From an uncultured Gemmatimonadales bacterium (GTDB taxonomy: Bacteria; Gemmatimonadota; Gemmatimonadetes; Gemmatimonadales; GWC2-71-9): DNA of 26,098 bases. The stretch's first letter is position 1. Every line of letters starts with the position of its first letter. Below, one piece after another: positions 1 to 9,067 of the stretch. The notes below the pieces were generated by a model. The model was not told where the DNA came from. It saw only the letters and a list, made by a program, of their open reading frames with translations, and made no database searches. Made by a program: the position numbers and the translations under genes. Location of the stretch: contig CAWJIM010000014.1 in the NCBI GenBank assembly GCA_963842945.1, positions 1 to 26,098 of the forward strand, written 5' to 3'.

Positions 1-60
1 GGGGGATTCTTTCCGGCCCGGCGGCGGCTAGGCAGCCGGTGGTGCAAGCGTTGCGGTAAG

Positions 61-120
61 CGGGGCAGGGAGCGGGGCAGAGGGGCAAGCGGGGCAGAGG
101 GGCAGAGGGGCAGAGGGGCA
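61..120 (+). repeat. G-rich short tandem repeat, (GGGGCAGA)n, 7 GGGGCA units
   Basis: GGGGCA at 62, 74, 82, 91, 99, 107 and 115; exact 8-bp period from 91 to 120. Confidence 0.9.
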
Positions 121-237
121 GCGACAACGGTAACCGACGTCGCAGGCGAGTGCCAGGAGCAAAGCCCCAAAGAATTCCCCACCGGATTGGGTCGCGCGGT
201 GTGATTGGCGATTATCGCCGTTCGACGAATCGCGTGT

Positions 238-587
238 TGGCGGTCATCGCTTAAAGGGCCACCCCATGAGGGTGGCCGTACTCCGGTCATCGGTCCTCCG
301 GACCGAATGTCCAATGTGAATTCCGATCCCTTCGGGTGAGCGGTCCGGGGGACCGCCGATACGGCTTCGCGTCGAGCCAATATGATCGTGATGGGCCGGC
401 GCAGCGCGTGTGGCAATTATCGCGAAAGGGCCACCGATAAGGGTGGCCCTACACATTTCATCGGTCCTCCGGGAAGCCTGGTCCTGCCGAGCGGTCGGGA
501 GAGCCGCCGAAACCCGAGAGGCCGGCCCTCCTGGGCGGCTTCGCATCGAGCCAACATGATCATGATAGGCCCGGCGAAGCCGGGCGT
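238..587. repeat. Two tandem imperfect ~170-bp palindrome-rich units (REP/BIME-like mosaic)
   Basis: Units start at ~238 and ~411. Shared blocks: AAAGGGCCACC..GGTGGCC(C/G)TAC (253-281, 425-452), TCATCGGTCCTCCGG (287-301, 458-472), GAGCGGTC..CCGCCGA, and GGCTTCGCRTCGAGCCAAYATGATCRTGAT. Confidence 0.8.
427..452 (-). repeat. GTAG-type REP palindrome
   Basis: Minus strand reads GTAGGGCCACC-CTTATC-GGTGGCCCT, i.e. a 5' GTAG tetranucleotide and a 9-bp stem (427-435/442-450). A degenerate copy has stem 257-264/270-277. Confidence 0.6.
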
Positions 588-769
588 GTATGGCGTTCTG
601 ATGTGCCCCGGTTGAATCGTTCGCTACCGGTGTGATCGGCGGGGCCTCCCGGCCAGCCCCACGGCCACTCAGCCGGTGGCGCAGGCGTTGAGATAAGGAA
701 CCTTCACCGGTCCTTCATAGTTTCCTCAAACTGCCTGATCGAGATTTCAGCACGGTTTCTGGAGGAGAT

Positions 770-1777
770 ATGCCCGTGCTGACGAAGGACGTGTGGGAGG
801 TTTCGGAACAGGACTTTCCCGACACCGCTCCGATCGAGACCCAGCTCCGTTTCCTGCTCCGCTACGCCATCCTGGCCCCCTCGACCAAGAACAGCCAGCC
901 CTGGGCCTTCTCGGTGCACGGAAACCGGATCCATCTCATCGCCGACCTGAGGCGGGGCCAGCTGATCGCGGATCCCGACCGGCGCGAGCTCTACATCAGC
1001 CTGGGTTGCGCGCTGGAGAACCTGCTGGTGGCGGCCGAGCACTTCGGCTTTCGACATGGGGTCAGCTACTTCCCCGAGCCGGGGAACGATGAGTTGGTGG
1101 CGACCGTGTCTTCGCGCCGGGCGGGGTGCCGTCCTACGCCCGGGCGGGTGCCACGTTGAGCGCGATCGTCCGGCGCCACAACGACAACAGCGTTTTCCGT
1201 CCGCGCGCCGGTGCCGGAGCAGCTGCGCCGCCGGCTGATGGCCTGCTGCGTGGAGCCCGAGCTGCGGGTCCACCTGACCGACGACCGCCATTTCCGCCGC
1301 TGGATCGACGCGCTCACCCTCCAGGCCGATCGGGTCGAGTTCGCCAACCCGGCGTTCCGGAAGGAGCTGGGCTACTGGATCGGCCAGGGAGTGTTCGGCG
1401 CGCCGCCGCTGATGGCGGGGCTGGGCCGGTTGGCGGTGTCCGAAGATCGACCTGGGCGAGCCGGTGGCCGGCAGGACCACGCGATCCTGGAGAGCGCAGC
1501 CCTGCTGGGCCTGGTCACGCGCCTCGGGCGATAGCCACCTCGCCCACGTCCGGACCGGCCAGCTGTTCGAGCGGCTCTGGCTCACGGCCACGGCGATGGG
1601 CGTGAGCCTCCATCCGATGAGCCAGACCATGCGGCATCCGGAGCTGCGGGCCGCGGTGGGGGAGCTGCTCCCTTCAGCCGGGGTGGACACCGCAGCACCT
1701 GTTCCGGGTAGGGTTCTCCTCCCGAAACGATGAGCAGCACACGCCGCGGCGGACCGGTGGAAGACGTGCTGGTCTAA
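770..1777 (+). CDS. Acg-family FMN-binding nitroreductase-like oxidoreductase (several apparent frameshifts)
   Basis: GGAGGAG RBS before ATG 770. Motifs in successive frames: [88 protein letters not shown] (1775-1777). Confidence 0.85.
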
Positions 1778-1863
1778 ACGCACAACTCCAGCTTCTTCAT
1801 CCTTTCGATCATCAGCTGCGGGGCTCATCCTGCGGACCAGCCTTCATCTTAGGAGAATTCCCC

Positions 1864-3422
1864 ATGGGTACTGCAATCAGGCAGGCAAGATTTGCCACCC
1901 TCCCTCGCGCGGCCGCCGGCTTCAAGCCATGCATTCCCATCCGCGCCCGCTACGACAACTGGATCGGCGGCGAGTACGTCGCCGCCGGTCCGCGGCCAGT
2001 ACTTCATCAATCCCGACCCCGATCACCGGGCAGCCGCTGTGTGAGGTGGCCCGCTCGACCCATGAGGACGTGGACAAGGCGCTCGACGCGGCGCACGCCG
2101 CCGCCCTCAGCTGGAACACCACGTCGCCCGCGTACCGCGCCAACATCCTCAACCGGATCGCCGACCGGCTCGGAGCGAACCTCGAGGCCATCGCGCTCAT
2201 CGAGACCATCGACAACGGCAAGCCGATCCGGGAGACCATGCGACGCCGACCTGCCGCTCGCCATCGACCACTTCCGCTACTTCGCCGGCTGCATCCGGGC
2301 CCAGGAAGGCGGGATCTCCGAGCTCGACGCCGACACCGTCGCCTATCACTTCCACGAGCCGCTCGGCGTCGTGGCCCAGATCATCCCGTGGAACTTCCCG
2401 CTGCTCATGGCGACCTGGAAGCTGGCGCCGGCGCTCGCCGCCGGGAACTGCGTGGTGCTCAAGCCGGCCGAGCAGACGCCGGTGTCGATCATGGCGTTCA
2501 TGGAGCTCATCGCCGACATCCTGCCGAGCGGCGTGGTGAACGTGGTGCAGGGCTTCGGCGTCGAGGCGGGCAAGCCGCTGGCGCAGAGCCCGCGGGTGGC
2601 CAAGGTGGCGTTCACCGGCGAGACGACCACCGGCCGGCTCATCATGCAGTACGCCTCCGAGAACCTCATTCCGGTGACGCTGGAGCTGGGCGGCAAGTCG
2701 CCCAACATCTTCTTCGCCGACGTGCATGGACGCCGACGACGACTTCTTCGACAAGGCGCTCGAGGGGTTCGCGATGTTCGCCCTCAACCAGGGCGAGGTC
2801 TGCACCTGTCCCTCCCGGGCCCTGGTGCAGGAGTCGATCTACGACCGGTTCATGGAGCGCGCGGTGGCACGGATGAAGGCGATCGTCGAGGGCAATCCGC
2901 TCGACCCCAACACGATGATCGGGGCCCAGGCCTCCAACGACCAGCTCGAGAAGATCCTGAGCTACATCGACATCGGGAAGAAGGAAGGCGCCAAGGTGCT
3001 CACCGGCGGCGCGCGCCGGGTCCACGCGGGCGAGCTGGAGGAGGGCTACTACGTCCAGCCGACGATCCTCGAGGGCCACAACAGGATGCGGGTCTTCCAG
3101 GAGGAGATCTTCGGGCCGGTGGTGTCGGTCACCAAGTTCAAGGACCAGGACGACGCGCTCGCCATCGCCAACGACACGCTCTACGGCCTGGGCGCCGGCC
3201 TCTGGAGCCGGGACGCCAACACCTGCTACCGGATGGGCCGCGCGATCAAGGCGGGCCGGGTCTGGACCAACTGCTATCACGCCTATCCCGGCGCACGCGG
3301 CGTTCGGCGGCTACAAGCAGTCGGGCATCGGGCGCGAGAACCACAGGATGATGCTGGATCACTACCAGCAGACGAAGAACATGCTGGTCAGCTACAGCCC
3401 CAAGAAGCTTGGCTTCTTCTGA
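1864..3422 (+). CDS. aldB: AldB/ExaC-type NAD-dependent (acet)aldehyde dehydrogenase (frameshifted)
   Basis: AGGAG RBS. Motifs [64 protein letters not shown] (catalytic Cys), [21 protein letters not shown]-terminal KKLGFF-TGA. Confidence 0.92.
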
Positions 3423-3790
3423 TGGAGAACGTGGCGCGCGTCGAGATCACCGACGCGGCCGCGACCGTGCTGCGCCAGCTGGAGGCGCAGCACGGTCCCC
3501 TGCTGTTCCACCAGTCGGGCGGCTGCTGCGACGGCAGCTCGCCGATGTGCTTTCCCCGGGCGAGTTCAAGTGGGCCAGCGGGACGTGCTGCTGGGCGAGG
3601 TGGAGGGCGTGCCGGTCTACATCGGTGCGCTGCAGTACGAGGTGTGGCGGCACACCCAGCTGCTGATCGACGTGGTGCCCGGGCGCGGCGGCGGCTTCTC
3701 CCTCGAGGCCCCGCTCGGGGTGCGGTTCCTCACCCGATCGCGGGTGTTCGACCAGCGGAACAGGCCTGGCTCGCAGGCGTGCGGAGCTAG
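3422..3790 (+). CDS. DUF779 family protein (usual partner of aldB; frameshifted)
   Basis: ATG overlaps the aldB stop (TGATG). [20 protein letters not shown], then in a shifted frame [35 protein letters not shown]. Confidence 0.88.
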   Translation: MENVARVEITDAAATVLRQLEAQHGPLLFHQSGGCCDGSSPMCFPRASSSGPAGRAAGRGGGRAGLHRCAAVRGVAAHPAADRRGARARRRLLPRGPARGAVPHPIAGVRPAEQAWLAGVRS

Positions 3791-5449
3791 TCAGCCGTAG
3801 CTACCTGGCGCATCTTCTTGGGCTTCGTACTACTCCGCCGCTGAAATTCGCCGCCGGGTAGCCACTGCGGCATCGCGGAATCATTCGCCACCGCGATCGT
3901 CACGTCGCGCACATACTCGGCGAACTGTTTGGATCCCTCGAGGTTCAATGGATTGAGGGTTCCCCACTGGTCGCTCGGCTGGTGGTAGTGCTGCTCCAGA
4001 TACTCCTTCACCTTGGCATCGACGAACTGCTTCGTTCCCTGCACCGGTACCGTCCCCAGCGCCATGTAGAGCGAGGGCACGCCGGCCCGGGCAAAGGGAT
4101 AGTTGTCGGCCCGGAGGAAGAAGCCCTCCTCCGGATACGGATCCGGCGACACCTTGAGTCCCATCTGCTCGGCCGTTCTCCGCGCGGCTCGGCCCAGGGT
4201 GCTCAGCTCCACCCCCAGCGGGGCCGCATCCTTCTTGGGACCGAGCAGCTCGATCCCGTCGTCGAGATTCAGGTTGGCGGCAATGCGATCGATCGAAATC
4301 GGTCCCGCGCAGACAAAGGCGTACGCTCCGAAGAGGCCCCATTCCTCCGCGGTCGTGAAGAGGAATGTCAGCGAGCGCGCCTGCGGGATGCTGCGCGAAC
4401 ACTCGCGCCAGCGCCAGCAGCGCCGTCACCCCGGAACCGTCGTCCAGCGTGCCATTGTAGATCGAGTCGCCCTGGACCGGCTTGCCGATGCCGTAGGCGT
4501 CCCAGTGCGCGCTCAGCACGACGTGCTGATCCGCCAGAGTCGATTCGGTTCCCCGTACCGATGCGACCACATTATGCGAGGTCATCGTGCTGGTCTGGGT
4601 GCGGAACTTGACCGCGAGCCTCACGCCTAGCGGAAAGGCTCGGAAACCGGGCTTCTCCGCAGCCTTAAGTACTGCCGGCAGTGAGCCGGACTTCGGCGGC
4701 AGCAGCCGAGCCAGCGCGGTGTCGGTGATGCCGCCCAGGAAGCGGAGCCCGTTGTCGTCCACGTCCGACGCCAGAAAACGGCCGACCCTCACCGGCCCCT
4801 GGGTGAACGCGCCGTTGGGCCGAATCACCAGCATGCCCACGGCGCCCCGCCGCTCGAGGTCGGCCAGCTTGGCGCCGAAGTCGGAGAACCGTGAAGCGCG
4901 CACGCCGTTGAAGCGGAGCGTGTCCCCGGGGATGGTGGGCTCGCCGAAGAGCATGACGGCGATCTTGCCCTTGAGATCGGTCCCGGCAAAGTCGTTCCAC
5001 TTATACATCGGCGCGTCGATGCCGTAGCCCACGAACACCAGGTCGCCCGATGCCTCGACGTCCGGCCTCCGCCCCCCATTAACGAAGGTGGCTTCCCTTC
5101 CCGGCGCGAGCTCGCCGGAGATCCGTCCGCTGAGGCGCGCCTCGACCACGGGCGACGCCGAGTCGGGCCGCTGCACCAGGAGCTGAACCGGCTGCAGCCA
5201 GCTTGCGCCCGAGTCTCCCGGCGTGGGTGCGGCACCGGGCCGGACCCCAAAGCTCTGCAGCTCGGAGATGAGATAGGCGGTGGTGAGCTCTTCCCCCCGC
5301 TTTCCCGGATACCGTCCCTCGAAGAAATCGGAGGAGAAGAAGCGGAGCCGGGCTGTCAGCTCCTGGGTCGAGATCGCGAGCGAATCGGATGTCTGTGCGG
5401 AGAGCTGGGGCGCTGTTAGCGCCAGCACCAAGACGAGAAGTATTAGCAT
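3787..5449 (-). CDS. Secreted M28-family metallopeptidase with PA domain (one frameshift near 4385)
   Basis: Signal peptide; EGRYPG; PA-domain [51 protein letters not shown]. Joins ORF 3881..5449 to ORF 3787..4212. Confidence 0.88.
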
Positions 5450-5492
5450 CCCTATTAAGAAGGGTAGAAACCGAATACCGTCAAGGACGCAC

Positions 5493-5520
5493 TCGTTCCG
5501 TCGTTCCGCCGTTCCGTCGT
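5493..5520. repeat. 8-bp-period tandem repeat (YCGTTCCG)x3.5
   Basis: TCGTTCCG TCGTTCCG CCGTTCCG TCGT between the divergent M28 and MFS genes. Confidence 0.8.
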
Positions 5521-5530
5521 ATCTTCCACC

Positions 5531-6807
5531 ATGCCCAACCCGGGAAAGCAGGTCCAGCGCACCTACCTGTTGCTGACCCTGCTTTCCACTCTCTCCGCCT
5601 CGTTCATCTGGGGCATCAACACCCTCTTCCTGCTCGACGCCGGACTCAGCAACGCCGAGGCGTTCGCCGCCAACGCGTTCTTCACCGCGGCATGGTGGTC
5701 TTCGAGGTGCCGACCGGAGTGGTGGCCGACACCTGGGGCCGCCGCACGTCCTACCTGCTCGGCGCCGCGACGCTCCTGGTGTCCACCCTGCTCTACCTCT
5801 GGATGTGGCGCACCCACGCGCCGCTCTGGGGCTGGGCCATCGCGTCGGTGCTGCTCGGTCTCGGCTTCACCTTCTTCTCCGGAGCCACCGAGGCCTGGCT
5901 GGTGGACGCGCTCACCTTCACCGGCGTCAAGGACAGCCTGGAGTCGGTCCTGGCCCGGGGACAGGTGGTGGGCGGCGCCGCGATGCTGGGCGGCTCGGCT
6001 GCCGGCGGCGTGGTCGCGCAGGCCACCAATCTGGGCGTGCCCTACATCATGCGGTCGGTCATGCTGGGCCTGACCCTGGTGGCCGCGTTGGTCTGGATGA
6101 AGGACCTCGGCTTTACCCCCAACCGGCGCAGCGGACTGGTCAAGAGGTGCGCCAGGTGCTCGCGAGCCTCCATCGACAGCGGCTGGCGCAACCCGCCGGT
6201 GCGCTGGCTGATGCTGGGCGCGCTGTTCGCCGGAGGAGTCGGCATCTATGCCTTCTACGGTCTGCAGCCCTATCTGCTTCAGCTCTACGGCAATCCCCGT
6301 GCGTTCGGCGTCGCGGGGCTGGCCGCTGCCATCGTGGCCGGGACCCAGATGGTGGCGGGATTCCTGGCCCCTCATATCGGACTGGTGTTTCGCCGTCGCA
6401 CCGGCGCCCTGATCGCCAGCTATGCCGCCGGCACCGGGTGCCTCCTCGGGCTGGGGTTGACCTCGAGCTTTCCGGTTGCGGTCGGGCTGCTGGTGATCTG
6501 GGGACTCAGCTTCGCGATCGCAATGCCCATCCGCCAGACCTACATCAACGGCATCATCCCCAGCCAGCAGCGGGCGACGGTGCTCTCGTTCGACAGCCTG
6601 ATGAGCTCGGCCGGTGGCGTCGTCGCGCAGCCGGCGCTTGGCCGGGTGGCCGATCTCTACGGCTACGCCCGATCCTACGTCGTCTGTGCGGCGATCCAAT
6701 TGGTAGCGGTGCCGTTCCTGGTGCTGGCGCGGCGGGAGAGAGCCGAGTCCGATGAGATAACGGCGGGGAAGCGGAGGGCCGGAGAGGCGGAGACGGCTGG
6801 CCAGTAG
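5531..6807 (+). CDS. MFS transporter (frameshift near 5690)
   Basis: N-terminus in ORF 5531 (YLLLTLLSTLSASFIWGINTLFLLDAGLS) continues in ORF 5389 (FEVPTGVVADTWGRRTS, MFS motif A-like). About 12 hydrophobic segments; IPSQQRATVLSFDS. Confidence 0.88.
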
Positions 6808-6840
6808 GCATCACCGACCGCCGTTCCACCCTTCCGCCAG

Positions 6841-7731
6841 TTACGCACTCGGCAGTTCCGCGGTCGGGGCCCACGGCCTGAGGTCCATTCCGAAATCGTC
6901 CTTCAACCTCTGATACCAGGCGTCGTCATCCAGCGCGCCCCAGCCGATCCACTCCTCGTCGGAAAAGCTCTTGCGGTAATCGAGAAAGGGAGCGGCGTCG
7001 GGACCGACCGGGTGGCGGAGCTGCCAGGTGCCGCTCTCCGCGATCTCGAGCATCTTGTCGCCCACCAGTGAGGCGGGCCGATCCGTCTGCAGGCTGGCGG
7101 TGAAGAGTGCGCTGAAGCGCTGCTCGTGGGGATACTGCGAGCGGCTGTGATAATCGGCGATGAGCCGTGCGGCGGGAGTGTCGATGATGCCGGGCTCGAC
7201 TATGGCGACCCGAACGTTGAACGGCTTCAGCTCCTGGGCCAGGCCTTCGCTCAGGCCCTCCAGCGCAAACTTGGTTGCCTGATACGGCGTCATCGGCGCC
7301 ATCGCGATCTTGCCGGAGATGGAGGAGACGTTGATGATGCAGCCGCTCCGCCGATCCCGCATGCCGGGGACCACCGCCTGGATGCAACGAATCACCCCGA
7401 AATAGTTCGTCTCCATCACAGCGCGAAACACGCCGAGCGGGGTCTCTTCGACTGAGCCGATCGGCGCGAATCCGGCGTTGTTTACCAGCACGTCGATCGG
7501 TCCGCTCTCCCGGATTATCCGGGCAATCCCGTCTCTCACCGAGGCATCCGAATCCACGTCTATCACCGAGAGCTGGACCGCCAGTCCCTCCCGCTCGACC
7601 GTTTGGCGCAGCTCGGCGCCCCGCCCCAGGTCGCGCATCGTGGCATGGACCCGGTATCCGGCTCGGCCGAACGCGACCGCGGTGGCCATGCCGATTCCGG
7701 AACTGGATCCAGTGATGAGAACGGTTGCCAT
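6841..7731 (-). CDS. Classical short-chain dehydrogenase/reductase
   Basis: ITGSSSGIG, LVNNAG, catalytic S and YQATK; GGAGG RBS upstream. Confidence 0.93.
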   Translation of the reverse strand: MATVLITGSSSGIGMATAVAFGRAGYRVHATMRDLGRGAELRQTVEREGLAVQLSVIDVDSDASVRDGIARIIRESGPIDVLVNNAGFAPIGSVEETPLGVFRAVMETNYFGVIRCIQAVVPGMRDRRSGCIINVSSISGKIAMAPMTPYQATKFALEGLSEGLAQELKPFNVRVAIVEPGIIDTPAARLIADYHSRSQYPHEQRFSALFTASLQTDRPASLVGDKMLEIAESGTWQLRHPVGPDAAPFLDYRKSFSDEEWIGWGALDDDAWYQRLKDDFGMDLRPWAPTAELPSA

Positions 7732-7844
7732 AGTGAGACCCTCCGGGTTGACGTGCTTCGCGACGAGGAAGCAGCAGAGCGTGCTCCAGGTTGCGTTGAG
7801 CGGAACGGGAGGTCAATACCGGGCATCTATCCCGGCGACAGCTC

Positions 7845-7912
7845 GGCTGGCCTCCTGGGCCGGCTCGGCATCGAGCCAACATGATCATGATGGGCCCGGC
7901 GAAGCCGGGCGT
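7845..7912. repeat. Dispersed copy of the 68-bp palindromic element at 520-587
   Basis: 7868-7912 matches 543-587 at 44 of 45 nt; the 5' part GGCYGG..CCTCCTGGGC is also shared. Confidence 0.9.
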
Positions 7913-7987
7913 TTAGTCCGGAAACGTTCGCACGATCAGCTCAGCCAAGCCTCGCCGTATCCCCGCGCGACCGGTATACTTCAGCAA

Positions 7988-9037
7988 ATGCGACTCATCC
8001 TCACTTTGGCCGCCGCCCTGGGCTTCGCGCTTGGGTGCGGGGACAACGGGACCGGGCCCGGACCGGCACCGAATAGAGACGGCGCCCGGCTGGCCGGGCA
8101 ACTCGACGGGCTGGCCGACTCGGTGGATGCCGGCGGCTATTCGCCTGCGGCCGAGGCACTGCATCACGCCGCGGAGATCGTGCGACTCACCGGTCACGCC
8201 ACTCCGGTAAGCGTGAGCGTCGACCGAGTCGCCAAGAATTTTCTTGCGGTGGGCGAACAGATCGACTTCCCCAATCTGGTCTGCACCTGGCCCTCCGACA
8301 CCGGCGTCGCTCAGCCGGACACGGCCGGCGTTCCGCTGCCCGATACGACCGGCGTGTTCCCACCGCTGCCGCCCGATTCGATTGACCTTCCGCCGGTCGA
8401 CAGCGGCCTACTGCCGCCCGACATGCCTCCCATTCCAATCGACAGCGGCGTCATCCGCCCGCCTCCGGTTCCCGAGTGTCACGAGGATGGGAGCTTCTCG
8501 ATGCGGACGCTCATTGCCTGGGAGCCGGAGCATTTGAATGAGGTGGTCCGGCTGGTGGCGTATCTCGGCTCCAACGGAGTCGAGCCCGGCGTCCCGGATG
8601 TCATGACCGGTCTTCCCGGAGGTTCGACCGACCCATCTCCACCGACTGCGCCGCCCGATTCCGGGAGCGGCAGCGGTGGCAACCCCGGTGGATTCCCCGG
8701 GTTCATGGGCGAGTATCTGGTGCGGGACGTGGGCAGCTGGTACGCGGTGGAAGGGACCCAGACCAACGACATCGTCAGCTCGGGCGGCAGTTGCTCCGCC
8801 GATCGGGCGACGTTCGACTGGGCCCAGTTCGACTGCACCGCGGCCCGGTACCGCTTCGAGTTCTCGATGAAGGTGGACGCCCTCCGCTTCGACCCGCTCA
8901 CCGGATCGCGGGGAGAACCCGAGGGCACTCATGACCTCGCGATGAGTGCCACTGAGATAGATGGCGTGAGGCTCACCTGGCAGTTCTGGAATCCACCTCC
9001 GCCTCCGCTGCCGCCGGATTCGGTGGTCGCGGAGTAA
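7988..9037 (+). CDS. Hypothetical Pro-rich lipoprotein
   Basis: MRLILTLAAALGFALGC lipobox; Pro/Asp-rich low-complexity inserts; four further Cys. The ORF-track start at 7478 overlaps the SDR and is unlikely. TATACT lies 7 nt before the ATG. Confidence 0.75.
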   Translation: MRLILTLAAALGFALGCGDNGTGPGPAPNRDGARLAGQLDGLADSVDAGGYSPAAEALHHAAEIVRLTGHATPVSVSVDRVAKNFLAVGEQIDFPNLVCTWPSDTGVAQPDTAGVPLPDTTGVFPPLPPDSIDLPPVDSGLLPPDMPPIPIDSGVIRPPPVPECHEDGSFSMRTLIAWEPEHLNEVVRLVAYLGSNGVEPGVPDVMTGLPGGSTDPSPPTAPPDSGSGSGGNPGGFPGFMGEYLVRDVGSWYAVEGTQTNDIVSSGGSCSADRATFDWAQFDCTAARYRFEFSMKVDALRFDPLTGSRGEPEGTHDLAMSATEIDGVRLTWQFWNPPPPPLPPDSVVAE

Positions 9038-9067
9038 CACGGCAGCTCTGCCCTGAAACATTCCCTG

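Noticed and set aside
238..587. CRISPR array
   Set aside because: Only two long diverged units, no constant repeat with unique equal-length spacers, and no cas genes in the window.
520..587. HDV-like ribozyme (CCUCCU...GGCGAA resemblance)
   Set aside because: P3/L3 geometry does not fit and there is no consistent P1/P1.1/P2 nesting. GGCGAAGCC is better explained as a simple hairpin.
697..722. ECF-type promoter GGAAC-N18-GTT upstream of the nitroreductase
   Set aside because: Short motif, single instance, no cognate sigma in view; cannot be told from chance.
770..3790. Pseudogenes or programmed frameshifting in nitroreductase, aldB and DUF779
   Set aside because: Indels are numerous, scattered and lack slippery-site context, while motifs are intact; sequencing error is simpler.
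7478..7987. 170-aa N-terminal extension of the lipoprotein ORF
   Set aside because: Overlaps the SDR on the opposite strand and crosses a non-coding repeat; the lipoprotein signal starts at 7988.
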